A DNA stretch of 64,000 nucleotides from an uncultured Solirubrobacterales bacterium (GTDB taxonomy: Bacteria > Actinomycetota > Thermoleophilia > Solirubrobacterales > 70-9), in NCBI GenBank assembly GCA_963697805.1, contig CAVOPB010000003.1:295166-359165 (forward strand). The letters are read 5' to 3'. Both the position numbers and the translations under genes were made by a program. The notes beneath the pieces are model-generated. The model did no database searches. It was not told where the DNA came from and saw only the letters and a list, made by a program, of their open reading frames with translations. Numbering within the stretch: position 1 is the first letter of the stretch; each line of letters starts with the position of its first letter. Positions 17,732-25,770 of this stretch are shown here, piece after piece.

Positions 17732-18213
17732 TCCCTCGGCTCGAGGATGACCATCGGGATTTCCCGCCCTTTGCTGCGTTCCTGGTAGTCGTCGTATCCG
17801 CTCCAGACCTTCACGGCCTCGGGCCAGAGTCGCTCGCGCTCCTCGGCGTCGGCGAGCCGGGCGTGGACCGCCCGGCGCTCGCTGCGGACCTGGACCGTGG
17901 TGTCGGGGTTGGCCATCAGGTTGTGGTACCAGGCGGGATGCTTGGGATAGCCGCCTTTGGAGGCGATCACCACCACGTTCTCGCCGTCCTCGAGGTAGAG
18001 CAGGGGGCAGGTGCGCCTGGTGCCGCTCCTGGCGCCGACGTGGTCGAGCAGCAGCATCCGCCCCGGCCCGCCCGGCACATTGAGGCCGAGGCGCCCGCCG
18101 CTGACGCGGTAGAGCAGGGTGTGGACGCCTGTCAGGCGACGGAGGATAGGCCAGGTGCGATCCGCGATATCGAGATACGCGTGCGACCTGCCCTCTGTCG
18201 CCGACTGGCTCAG
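17728..18213 (-). CDS. Deazaflavin (F420)-dependent nitroreductase (DDN) family protein; start codon uncertain
   Basis: LYRVSGGRLGLNVPGGPGRMLLLDHVGARSGTRRTCPLLYLEDGENVVVIASKGGYPKHPAWYHNLMANPDTTVQV. There is no ATG/GTG/TTG between the family core and the upstream SDR stop. The only in-frame candidate near the junction is the CTG at 18213. Confidence 0.6.
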   Translation of the reverse strand: MSQSATEGRSHAYLDIADRTWPILRRLTGVHTLLYRVSGGRLGLNVPGGPGRMLLLDHVGARSGTRRTCPLLYLEDGENVVVIASKGGYPKHPAWYHNLMANPDTTVQVRSERRAVHARLADAEERERLWPEAVKVWSGYDDYQERSKGREIPMVILEPRD

Positions 18214-19040
18214 GTGTACATCCCCCCGAACTGCCCGCCGGTCACGTTGAGGATCTGGCCGTGCACGTAGTTCGCGTGCCCCGAGCATAGGAAGAGGACG
18301 GGGCCCGCCGCCTCCTCGGGCTGCGCCGGTCGTCCCAGCGGGATGATCGCCGAGGCCATCGAGCGCATCTGCTCGGGAATCCCGAGCTCGATTTTCTCCC
18401 CGGACGGGGAGGTCATCTGGCCCCCGGCCTCCTTCGCCGCGGTGAGGCGGGTCTCGACGAAGCCGAAGGCGACGGCGTTGACGTTGACCTTGAACTGCCC
18501 CCACTCCTTGGCCAGCGTTTTGGTCAGCCCGACGACGCCCGCCTTCGCGGCCGAGTAGTTGGCCTGGCCGGCGTTGCCCATCGTCCCCGAGATCGAGGAG
18601 ACGTTGACGATCTTGCGGAAGACCTCCTTGCCCTCGCCGCGCTCGGCTTTGGCAGCCTCGCGCCAGTGCGGGGCCAGGGCCCGGGTGATCCGGAAGGGAA
18701 CGATCGTGTGAATGTCGAGCATCGCCTGGAACTGCTCGTCGGTCATCCGGTGGACGACGCCGTCCCAGGTGTAGCCGGCGTTGTTGACGACGATGTCGAC
18801 CGCGCCGAAGGCCTCGACTCCGGCGGCGACCAGCTGGTCGGCGGCGTCGGGCTTGGTCAGGTCGCCTGCATGGACGGCGGTCTCACCGTCGATCTCGGTC
18901 GAGGCCTGCTCGGCGATGTCGGCGTCGAGGTCGTTGATCAGAACCTTCGCGCCCTCGGCCGCGAACAGCTCCGCGGTCGCGCGGCCGATTCCCCGGGCGG
19001 ACCCGGTGACGATCGCCGCTTTTCCATCTAGAAGTCCCAT
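18210..19040 (-). CDS. SDR-family oxidoreductase (3-oxoacyl-ACP reductase-like)
   Basis: Starts MGLLDGKAAIVTGSARGIGRATA at the ATG at 19040, preceded by AAGGAGAG. Motifs: NNAGYT, YSAAKAGVVGLTK. The 331-aa track ORF is a 5' over-extension. Confidence 0.85.
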   Translation of the reverse strand: MGLLDGKAAIVTGSARGIGRATAELFAAEGAKVLINDLDADIAEQASTEIDGETAVHAGDLTKPDAADQLVAAGVEAFGAVDIVVNNAGYTWDGVVHRMTDEQFQAMLDIHTIVPFRITRALAPHWREAAKAERGEGKEVFRKIVNVSSISGTMGNAGQANYSAAKAGVVGLTKTLAKEWGQFKVNVNAVAFGFVETRLTAAKEAGGQMTSPSGEKIELGIPEQMRSMASAIIPLGRPAQPEEAAGPVLFLCSGHANYVHGQILNVTGGQFGGMYT

Positions 19041-19203
19041 CGTTTCTGCGCTCTCCTTACTGGATCGTGAGTCGGCCGGGGAGGCTACATGGAACGACGC
19101 AACCCTGGTTGACCGGCCAGTCAGTTGCTGCACCCCCAATTGCCGCCGATTCGTGCGCGACCATGCGGCCCGTCCAGCCCACGTGGGAACCAAGGAGGCC
19201 AAC

Positions 19204-19833
19204 ATGGAGCCGTCGGACTACCCCGTCACCTTCTCCGTCGATTACCCGGACCGGAAGCTGAACCGCCTCACCACCTTCTTCCGGGTCTTCACCGTGATCC
19301 CGATCGCGATCATCATCAGCCTGCTCAGCGGCGGCAGTAGCTATTCGAGCTCTGGTTCCGAGGCCACCTGGACAGGGGCGGGCGTCGGCCTTCTCACGAT
19401 CCCGGTGGTCCTGATGATCCTCTTCCGCAAGAAATACCCGCGCTGGTGGTTCGACTGGAACCTCGAACTGATGCGGTTCGGAAACCGGGTCGGCGTCTAC
19501 CTCACACTGATGGACGACACCTATCCCTCGACAGACGAACAGCAGGCGGTCCACCTCGACTTCCCCTATCCGGATGCGGAGACCGAGCTCCAACGCGGCA
19601 TGCCGCTGGTCAAGTGGCTGCTGGCGATCCCCCACTACATCGTCCTGTTCTTCCTCTACATCGGGGCGTTCTTCGTCGTCATCTTCGCCTGGTTCGCGAT
19701 TCTCTTCACCGGTCGCTTCCCGCGCGGCGCGTTCAACTTCCTCGAGGGCGTCTATCGCTGGCACAACCGCGTCATCGGCTACGCCCTCACCCTCGTCACC
19801 GACACCTACCCGCCGTTCCGCCTTGGCCCTTGA
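19204..19833 (+). CDS. DUF4389-like membrane protein
   Basis: MEPSDYPVTFSVDYPDRKLNRLTTFFRVFTVIPIAII...LVKWLLAIPHYIVLFFLYIGAFFVVIFAWFAILFTGRFPRG..YPPFRL. AAGGAGG lies upstream of the ATG. Confidence 0.7.
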   Translation: MEPSDYPVTFSVDYPDRKLNRLTTFFRVFTVIPIAIIISLLSGGSSYSSSGSEATWTGAGVGLLTIPVVLMILFRKKYPRWWFDWNLELMRFGNRVGVYLTLMDDTYPSTDEQQAVHLDFPYPDAETELQRGMPLVKWLLAIPHYIVLFFLYIGAFFVVIFAWFAILFTGRFPRGAFNFLEGVYRWHNRVIGYALTLVTDTYPPFRLGP

Positions 19834-19842
19834 GGACGGACC

Positions 19843-20262
19843 TCAGGACAGCCTTACGCCGCCGTCCTCGGTCAGCGTCCAGTGTGGGTTGTGGGCGACC
19901 TCCCAGGGGTGGCCGTCGGGGTCGATGAAGACTCCGCTGTAGCCGCCCCAGAAGGTCGCCGCCGGCTCGCGCCCGATCCGCGCCCCGGCCCCTCGGGCAT
20001 CCTCGATCGCCGCATCGACCTCCTCCGGCGAGCCGAGGTTCAGCGCCAGCGTGATGCCGCCCCAGCCGCCGCCATCCTCGACGCAGCTGTCATCCGTCAG
20101 GCTGGCCCGGTCCCAGAGCGCCAGCACCATGTCTCCGGCCTGGAAGAAGACGACATCGTCCTCGGCCGCCGCGCCCGTCTCCCATCCGAGCGCTTCGTAG
20201 AAAGCCCTCGCCCGGGCGAGGTCGGCGACGCCGAGCGTGACCAGGCTGACCCGCTGCCTCAT
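19843..20262 (-). CDS. VOC (glyoxalase/bleomycin-resistance) family protein
   Basis: 139 aa. Motifs: VSLVTLGVADLARARAFYEALGW, DPDGHPWEVAHNP. Confidence 0.8.
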   Translation of the reverse strand: MRQRVSLVTLGVADLARARAFYEALGWETGAAAEDDVVFFQAGDMVLALWDRASLTDDSCVEDGGGWGGITLALNLGSPEEVDAAIEDARGAGARIGREPAATFWGGYSGVFIDPDGHPWEVAHNPHWTLTEDGGVRLS

Positions 20263-21059
20263 CGGGCCGGACCCTCCGGCGCCGCCGCCATCAGCAGCCG
20301 GTAGTCGTAGATCTTTTCGAAGCCCATCGCGCGGTAGATCGGCTCGCCCATCGGCGAGGCCTGCAGCGAGACGAGATCGGCACCGAGGTCGAAGCCGGCG
20401 TCGACCGCGGCCGTCGTCAGCGCCCGGCCCAGTCCCCTGCTGCGAGCGGCTTCGGTCGTCCCCACCCAGTAGATCCCGGCGACGTCGTCGGTGACGATCG
20501 TCATCGCGATCGCGAGCGGCTCGGATCTGTCATAGGCGAGCAGCGCGACCGCGTTCTCGGCCACGAGCCCGGCGTAGTCGTCGTAGTGCTCGAAGACCTC
20601 GGGCGGGAAGCCGATGCTCGCGTAGGCCTCCTTCGCGACGCGCCAGTAGTCCTCGGCCTCGGCGCCGTTCTCGAGGCGGCGAATATCGACGCCGTCGGGC
20701 AGCGCCGCCTCCTCAGGGCGTCTGTCGAGGACCATCTCCGGCATCTCGAAGAAGGGGTCGAGGCCCTGCTCGACGGCCGTCTCGACCAGGTCGCGGTCTT
20801 CCTCGGCGTCACCGCGCGTCCAGAGGCTGAAGCCGCGGCCGAGGTCGCCGAAGAACTCGCGCGCGCGGCGCAGCAGCTCGGCCGGGTCGAGCCCATCGTC
20901 GGCTCGGAACGCCGCGTTGGCGATCGCCGGGTTGGAGGAGGTCCCGGCGCCGAGCAGCCAGCCGTCGCCGGACTCGATCTTCACCCCGGAGTCGAGCTCG
21001 AAGAGCTGCCGGGAGCTGTCGACGAGATTGACGTGGGCGCGGTGGCGGAGCTGGTCCAC
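20259..21059 (-). CDS. GNAT-family N-acetyltransferase
   Basis: 266 aa. Acetyl-CoA binding-type segment VGTTEAARSRGLGRALTTAAV. The stop overlaps the VOC start. Confidence 0.7.
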   Translation of the reverse strand: MDQLRHRAHVNLVDSSRQLFELDSGVKIESGDGWLLGAGTSSNPAIANAAFRADDGLDPAELLRRAREFFGDLGRGFSLWTRGDAEEDRDLVETAVEQGLDPFFEMPEMVLDRRPEEAALPDGVDIRRLENGAEAEDYWRVAKEAYASIGFPPEVFEHYDDYAGLVAENAVALLAYDRSEPLAIAMTIVTDDVAGIYWVGTTEAARSRGLGRALTTAAVDAGFDLGADLVSLQASPMGEPIYRAMGFEKIYDYRLLMAAAPEGPAR

Positions 21060-21062
21060 GGC

Positions 21063-21959
21063 TCAGGCGGGCGGGTCGTCGCGAACGATGAAGCCCTGCG
21101 GCTCGGCGACGACCTCGTTGCGGAGCTCGCCGATCCCGTCGATCGCGATCCTGACGACGTCGCCGACCTTGAGCAGGCCCTCGGGGAAGGGCTGGACCGA
21201 GGCCCCGATCCCGGCCGGGGTGCCGGTTGCGATCACGTCGCCCGGCTCCAGGGTGAAGGCTTCGGAGAGGTGCGAGACCTGTTCGAAGCAGTCGAAGACC
21301 ATCTCGGCGGTGTTGCCGTCCTGGCGCTTCTCCTCGTTGACGAAGGTCCGGATCCCGAGCTGCTGCGGGTCGCCGATCTCATCGCCGGTGACGAGCCAGG
21401 GCCCGAGCGGGCCGTGGGTGTCGAACGACTTGCCGATCGTCATCGTCGGCGCCCGCATCTGCCAGTCGCGGACCGAGACGTCGTTGGCGATCGTGTAGCC
21501 GGCGATCACATCGGCGGCCTGCTCGGCGGCGACGTGACGGCAGCGCTTCCCGATGACGATCGCCAGCTCCCCCTCGTAGTCGAGCTTGTCCGAGACCGTG
21601 GGCATGTGCACATCGGCTTCCGGGCCGACGACGCAGGTCGGCTGCTTGTTGAAGAAGGTCGGCACCTGCGGCGCGTCCATCCCCGTCTCGGCGATGTGGT
21701 CGGCGTAGTTGAGGGCGATCGCGAGGTACTTGCGGGGCCGGGCCGGGCTGAGGAGGCGAATCGCCTCGAGCGGTTCGCCCGGGCTGGGCTCGACGGCCAG
21801 TTCGGCGAGCTCGCCGAGCCGATCGGCGCCGACCGCGTCGATCGCGGCGGCCGGTTCGGTCGGCAGCTCGGGCGCCGAGGCCGTGAGGTCGATCAGGCGT
21901 CCTTCCTCGATCAGCCCGAGGCGGGCCTCGCCATCGGCCAGGAAGCGGCAGAGCCTCAT
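21063..21959 (-). CDS. Fumarylacetoacetate hydrolase (FAH) family protein
   Basis: Starts MRLCRFLADGEARLGLI at the ATG at 21959, an ATGA overlap with sixA. Motifs: DYEGELAIVIGK, GYTIANDVSVRDWQ, LEPGDVIATGTPAGIG. Confidence 0.85.
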   Translation of the reverse strand: MRLCRFLADGEARLGLIEEGRLIDLTASAPELPTEPAAAIDAVGADRLGELAELAVEPSPGEPLEAIRLLSPARPRKYLAIALNYADHIAETGMDAPQVPTFFNKQPTCVVGPEADVHMPTVSDKLDYEGELAIVIGKRCRHVAAEQAADVIAGYTIANDVSVRDWQMRAPTMTIGKSFDTHGPLGPWLVTGDEIGDPQQLGIRTFVNEEKRQDGNTAEMVFDCFEQVSHLSEAFTLEPGDVIATGTPAGIGASVQPFPEGLLKVGDVVRIAIDGIGELRNEVVAEPQGFIVRDDPPA

Positions 21960-22393
21960 CTCGGGGCGGCAATCGCCGCCAGGTCCTCGGGCCGCAGCAG
22001 CGCCAGCAGCGTGCTGCCGTCGATGATCGCGAGGCCGCCCTTGCGGAATTTCACGTTGGCGCCGGTCAGGCGGCCGACCTCGGTCTTGAAATCGGGGTTG
22101 TGGCCGACGAGGAGGACGTTGCCGCGGCCGGTGGCGAGATCGAGCGCGTCGTAGCCGCTGCCGGCGAGGCTGTCCTCGACTTCGGGCCCCACCGAGAGCG
22201 GCTCGCAGACGAGGCGTGCGGTCTCCGCGGCCCTTACCTTCGGGCTCGTCAGGCATGCGTCCAATTCGATTCCGAGGGCCGCCATCGCCAGGCCGGCGAC
22301 AACGGACTGGCGCTCGCCCTTCTCGGTCAGCCGCCGCGCGGCGTCCTCTCCGTCGCCGTGCTCGGCGTCGCCATGTCGGAGCATGTGGATCAT
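21956..22393 (-). CDS. sixA: Phosphohistidine phosphatase SixA-like (histidine phosphatase superfamily)
   Basis: 145 aa. Motifs: MLRHGDAE, LTEKGERQ, TSPKVRAAETA, LLVGHNP. Confidence 0.75.
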   Translation of the reverse strand: MIHMLRHGDAEHGDGEDAARRLTEKGERQSVVAGLAMAALGIELDACLTSPKVRAAETARLVCEPLSVGPEVEDSLAGSGYDALDLATGRGNVLLVGHNPDFKTEVGRLTGANVKFRKGGLAIIDGSTLLALLRPEDLAAIAAPR

Positions 22394-22818
22394 CGCGGCA
22401 GCTTCCCGATTTCCGCCAGGTAGGCGTCAAGCGACTCGGTCGCCTGCGTGTCCTCGTAGACCTCGTACTCGCGCAGCTTGCCCCACGAGATACGGCCCCA
22501 GATCACATAACGGTTCTCGTAGACGCGCCTGCCGTCGGGAGCATCGAGATGGTCGGTGCCGCGGACGCAGATCGTCTGCCGCCAGGGGAACCCCTGGAGG
22601 ATTACCTCGTCGGGATAGATCTGCAGGCCGGCGTCGGCGAACCGCTCGAGCCACTTCCTCAGCTCGTCCTTCCCCTCGAGCTCGGTCGCCCAGGAGCTGT
22701 TGCCGGGAAACCTGAACCGAACGTCGTCGGCGTCCATCCGCAGGCTCGGCTCGATGTCACCCTCGCGGGCCTTCGCCATGTTCCGCGAGATCATCAGCCT
22801 GCCGAGCCAGGACAGCAT
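22390..22818 (-). CDS. SnoaL-like/NTF2-fold protein
   Basis: 142 aa, with size and pattern typical of NTF2-like proteins (VRFRFPG..W...GKDELRKWLERF). It is translationally coupled to sixA. Confidence 0.55.
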   Translation of the reverse strand: MLSWLGRLMISRNMAKAREGDIEPSLRMDADDVRFRFPGNSSWATELEGKDELRKWLERFADAGLQIYPDEVILQGFPWRQTICVRGTDHLDAPDGRRVYENRYVIWGRISWGKLREYEVYEDTQATESLDAYLAEIGKLPR

Positions 22819-22829
22819 GTCCGCCTAGC

Positions 22830-23993
22830 TTAGGCGGCCTGGGTAGCGCTGAGCTCCGCGGTGTCGTCCGAGTCCTTGCGTGGGCGTGCAACCGCCGATT
22901 CGGCAGCGAAGCCAGGCGGCGCGAGCTCGAGGTAGGCCTTGAAGGTCAGGTTGATCAGGGCCTGCGTCTTGTAGATGCGGAACGCCGGGCCGAGCAGCCG
23001 GACTGGAATGTGGGGGAGCAGCTTCTGGACAAAGAGAAGGATGCCGAAGCCGGTCCGGTGCGAATCGTGGAGCTCGGTGTAGTTGGCCTCGGCCTGCTGG
23101 CGGCTGCGCCTGCCCTCGAAGACGGCGCGGAGCTCGCGGCCGGCGGCGATCCCGTAGTAGAGCGCGGTCCGGATCCCCTCCGCGGTCAGCGGCAGGCACT
23201 GGCCTGCCGAGTCGCCGACGAAGAAGACCCCGGCCTCGGTCGGCTCGCGGAGCCGGTGCGGGATCCAGTTACCCTGATAGCGGACCTGGTCGCCGCCGAG
23301 GTCCGCCGAGAGGCGGTCTGTCCCCTCGCGGATCTTGTTGGCGGCCTCGTATGAGCAGGCCCCGATCCGGAGCTCCTCGCCGGCCGGGAAGCACCACCCG
23401 TACCCGGCCCGCGCGTAGCGGCGATCGACCCAGACCTCGAGCGCGTCGCTGCGGCCCTGGGGATGGACCTCGAGGGCCCGCGTCAGCGGCGCGTCGGTCG
23501 GCTGGAAGCCATCGTCGGTCGCAAGGATCCGCCGCCAGCCGAGCGCGTCGACGACAAGCGGCGCGGTGACCGGGCCACGGTCGGTTTCGATCGTGATCGC
23601 CCCGTTCTCGGCGGGTCGCCGCCCCTCGACGGCGGCGATCTCGAAGGTCGCGTCGCACTCCTGCCAGAGCGCGTCGCACAACTCGTCGTAGTTGAAGGTC
23701 GAGAACGTGTAGGGCAGATCGAGGACCGTGACCTTGCCGGGCGTGTGCACGACCAGCTCGTCGAAGCGCTGCAGCTCGACATCCATCAGGTCGAGCGCCC
23801 GCAGCCAGTCGGTCGGGATCCCGCAGGCCGAGGTCGCGCGCTCGCCGATCTCGTAGCGATCGAGCATCAGCACCTTCGCACCCGAGTCGGTGAGCTCGCG
23901 CGCGACCGCGAGCCCGCCGAAGCTGGCGCCGCAGATGACGACGTCGTACCCGCCCTGCAGCTGATCCCTGTCCCTTGACCCTGCCACGCCCAC
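22830..23993 (-). CDS. NAD(P)/FAD-dependent oxidoreductase (geranylgeranyl-reductase-like)
   Basis: 387 aa. Dinucleotide-binding motif YDVVICGASFGGLAVARELTDSGAKVLMLDR. FFVGDSAG occurs near the C-terminal third. Confidence 0.7.
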   Translation of the reverse strand: MGVAGSRDRDQLQGGYDVVICGASFGGLAVARELTDSGAKVLMLDRYEIGERATSACGIPTDWLRALDLMDVELQRFDELVVHTPGKVTVLDLPYTFSTFNYDELCDALWQECDATFEIAAVEGRRPAENGAITIETDRGPVTAPLVVDALGWRRILATDDGFQPTDAPLTRALEVHPQGRSDALEVWVDRRYARAGYGWCFPAGEELRIGACSYEAANKIREGTDRLSADLGGDQVRYQGNWIPHRLREPTEAGVFFVGDSAGQCLPLTAEGIRTALYYGIAAGRELRAVFEGRRSRQQAEANYTELHDSHRTGFGILLFVQKLLPHIPVRLLGPAFRIYKTQALINLTFKAYLELAPPGFAAESAVARPRKDSDDTAELSATQAA

Positions 23994-24044
23994 GGTAGAA
24001 CGGTAGCGGCTCTTGGTACGGGAATGGCCTCGGACCGTTGACCG

Positions 24045-24245
24045 TCAGCCGCAGGTACTTCCCTTGGAAGGTCTGGCCGGCGGTACCCGTGATTCTCGGA
24101 GAGCCGCCCGCCCCCGGCGAGCCCGGCGCCCCGCACGGCGTTCGCGCAGCCTCACCGTTGCGATTCCGCAGCCGGTGGCGATCACCGGTCCGAGGCTAAG
24201 CGCGGTCTCCTCGATCGGGAGCCCGGCGATGTGGGCGAGCACCAT
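24045..24245 (-). CDS. Possible small protein (66 aa), hypothetical
   Basis: The ATG lies 14 nt downstream of the SRPBCC gene stop. The first 40 or so codons have G/C-rich third positions (MVLAHIAGLPIEETALSLGPVIATGCGIATVRL). I recognise no family. Confidence 0.3.
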   Translation of the reverse strand: MVLAHIAGLPIEETALSLGPVIATGCGIATVRLRERRAGRRARRGRAALRESRVPPARPSKGSTCG

Positions 24246-24258
24246 GGCGCGGTCGCCC

Positions 24259-24711
24259 CTATCGTCCGGGAGGCACCGCTTGCAGGGCGCGCTCGAGGTT
24301 GTCGAAGCACTTCGTCCAGCCGTCCTCGTGTGCGCGGACCGAGTCCTCGTCCCGGAGGCCGCTGTGGGTGAAGCGCGCCGTGGTGGTGCCTGCGGTTTCC
24401 TCGAAGTCGATCTCGATCAGCGTCTGCCTGTCCTCGTCGTCCCAGGTCCACGTGAACGCCAGGCGGGTCGGGCGGTCGACTTCGGTGTAGTGACCGCCCC
24501 CGCCGTGCTGGGCGTCCCCCTCTGGCTCGCGCATGACCACGCGCAGGGCGCCACCTACGCGCAGGTCGACCCGTGCCTCGGGGGTATCCCAGTCGTGCCC
24601 AGCATGGAACCAGCGCCGCAGCACCTCCTCGCTGGTCCACGCGTCGAACACCGCCTCGGCGGGCGCTTGGAACGTGCGCTCGATCCGCAGCGTATTGTCG
24701 TCGGCGATCAC
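24259..24711 (-). CDS. SRPBCC (AHSA1/START-like) domain protein
   Basis: VVIADDNTLRIERTFQAPAEAVFDAWTSEEVLRRWF...HYTEVDRPTRLAFTW. The GTG at 24711 forms a GTGA overlap with the DUF899 stop. Confidence 0.75.
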   Translation of the reverse strand: MIADDNTLRIERTFQAPAEAVFDAWTSEEVLRRWFHAGHDWDTPEARVDLRVGGALRVVMREPEGDAQHGGGGHYTEVDRPTRLAFTWTWDDEDRQTLIEIDFEETAGTTTARFTHSGLRDEDSVRAHEDGWTKCFDNLERALQAVPPGR

Positions 24712-25403
24712 GACCGAGGGCTCCCCGAGCCGCGCTGCGAATCGTATTCGTCGTGGAGGTTCCACCACTGATAGGGCTCGGTCTGCGGGTACCCCTCGGG
24801 CGAGTCCTCCCACTTCTCCTGGCGACCGAGCGCAGTGATGTCGAGGTACGCCCAGGCGGTGCCCAGCGCCTCGTCGCCGCGCTTGTCGATGAAATAGGTG
24901 CGGAAGATCCGGCCGTCATCGTCGCGGTAGAAGGCGTTGGTGCCATGCCACTCGTCGACGCCGAAGTCGGCGTCGAATTCGTCGGCGATCGTGTACCAGG
25001 GGATCTCCCAGCCCATCCGCGCCTTCCAGCGCTCGATGTCGGTCTGCGGGGCGCGTGAGACGTTCACGAAGGTGGTGTCCCGCGAGTTCAGGTGAGCGAG
25101 GTGAGCGACCTGGTCGGCCATGAACGAGCAGCCGGTGCAGCCGCTCTCGGGCCAGTCGGCCACGCCGGGCTCGAAGAAGAACCGGTAGACGATCAGCTGA
25201 CGACGTCCCTCGAACAGGTCGAGCAGCGTCGCCGGCCCGTCCGGGCCCTCGAACAGGTAATCCTTCTCCACGGCCATCCTCGGCATCCTGCGGCGTTCGG
25301 CGGCCAGAGCGTCGCGGGCGCGGGTGACCTCCTTCTCCTTGACCAGCAGTTGCTCGCGCGCTGAGTCCCACTCCTGTGGCGACACGATCGGCGGCATCTT
25401 CAT
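24708..25403 (-). CDS. DUF899 (thioredoxin-like) domain protein
   Basis: 231 aa. Motifs: SPQEWDSAREQLLVKEKEVTRARDALAAERRRMP, GCTGCSFMADQV, RMGWEIPWYT. Confidence 0.8.
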   Translation of the reverse strand: MKMPPIVSPQEWDSAREQLLVKEKEVTRARDALAAERRRMPRMAVEKDYLFEGPDGPATLLDLFEGRRQLIVYRFFFEPGVADWPESGCTGCSFMADQVAHLAHLNSRDTTFVNVSRAPQTDIERWKARMGWEIPWYTIADEFDADFGVDEWHGTNAFYRDDDGRIFRTYFIDKRGDEALGTAWAYLDITALGRQEKWEDSPEGYPQTEPYQWWNLHDEYDSQRGSGSPRS

Positions 25404-25711
25404 CTCGGCTCCTCCTTCAGGTACTCATCGACGACATCGAACATGCGCTCCCAGATGGCGCGCTGGCGATCCATCCACTCGGCGGCCTCGTCGAGCGCTT
25501 TCGGCTCGAGCGATAGCCGGTGCGTCCTGCCGTCGATCACCCGGGTGACGACGCCCGCCTCCTCCAGGACCTTCAGGTGCTTGGAGATCGCGGGCTTGGA
25601 CACCCCGAAATCGCCAGTGACTTCACTGACGCTCGCGGGGCCCACGGCAAGACGTTCGACGATCCCGCGTCGTATCGGATGCGAGAGCGCTTTGAACGAA
25701 TCGTTAACCAT
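25400..25711 (-). CDS. ArsR/SmtB-family transcriptional regulator
   Basis: 103 aa. Motifs: FKALSHPIRRGIVERLA, VSEVTGDFGVSKPAISKHLKVLEEAGVV. It is the first gene of an ArsR-DUF899-SRPBCC operon. Confidence 0.85.
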   Translation of the reverse strand: MVNDSFKALSHPIRRGIVERLAVGPASVSEVTGDFGVSKPAISKHLKVLEEAGVVTRVIDGRTHRLSLEPKALDEAAEWMDRQRAIWERMFDVVDEYLKEEPR

Positions 25712-25770
25712 TTGGTGAACAATAACACGTGCCAGAGTCCGCGCGGTCCGACCCGTCCCCGCGCGTCAAG

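Noticed and set aside
25690-25730. An imperfect dyad GTTAACCATTTGGTGAAC overlapping the ArsR start codon, considered as an ArsR operator.
   Set aside because: Only 14 of 18 positions are symmetric and it overlaps the coding start. It is plausible but too weak to report as a feature.
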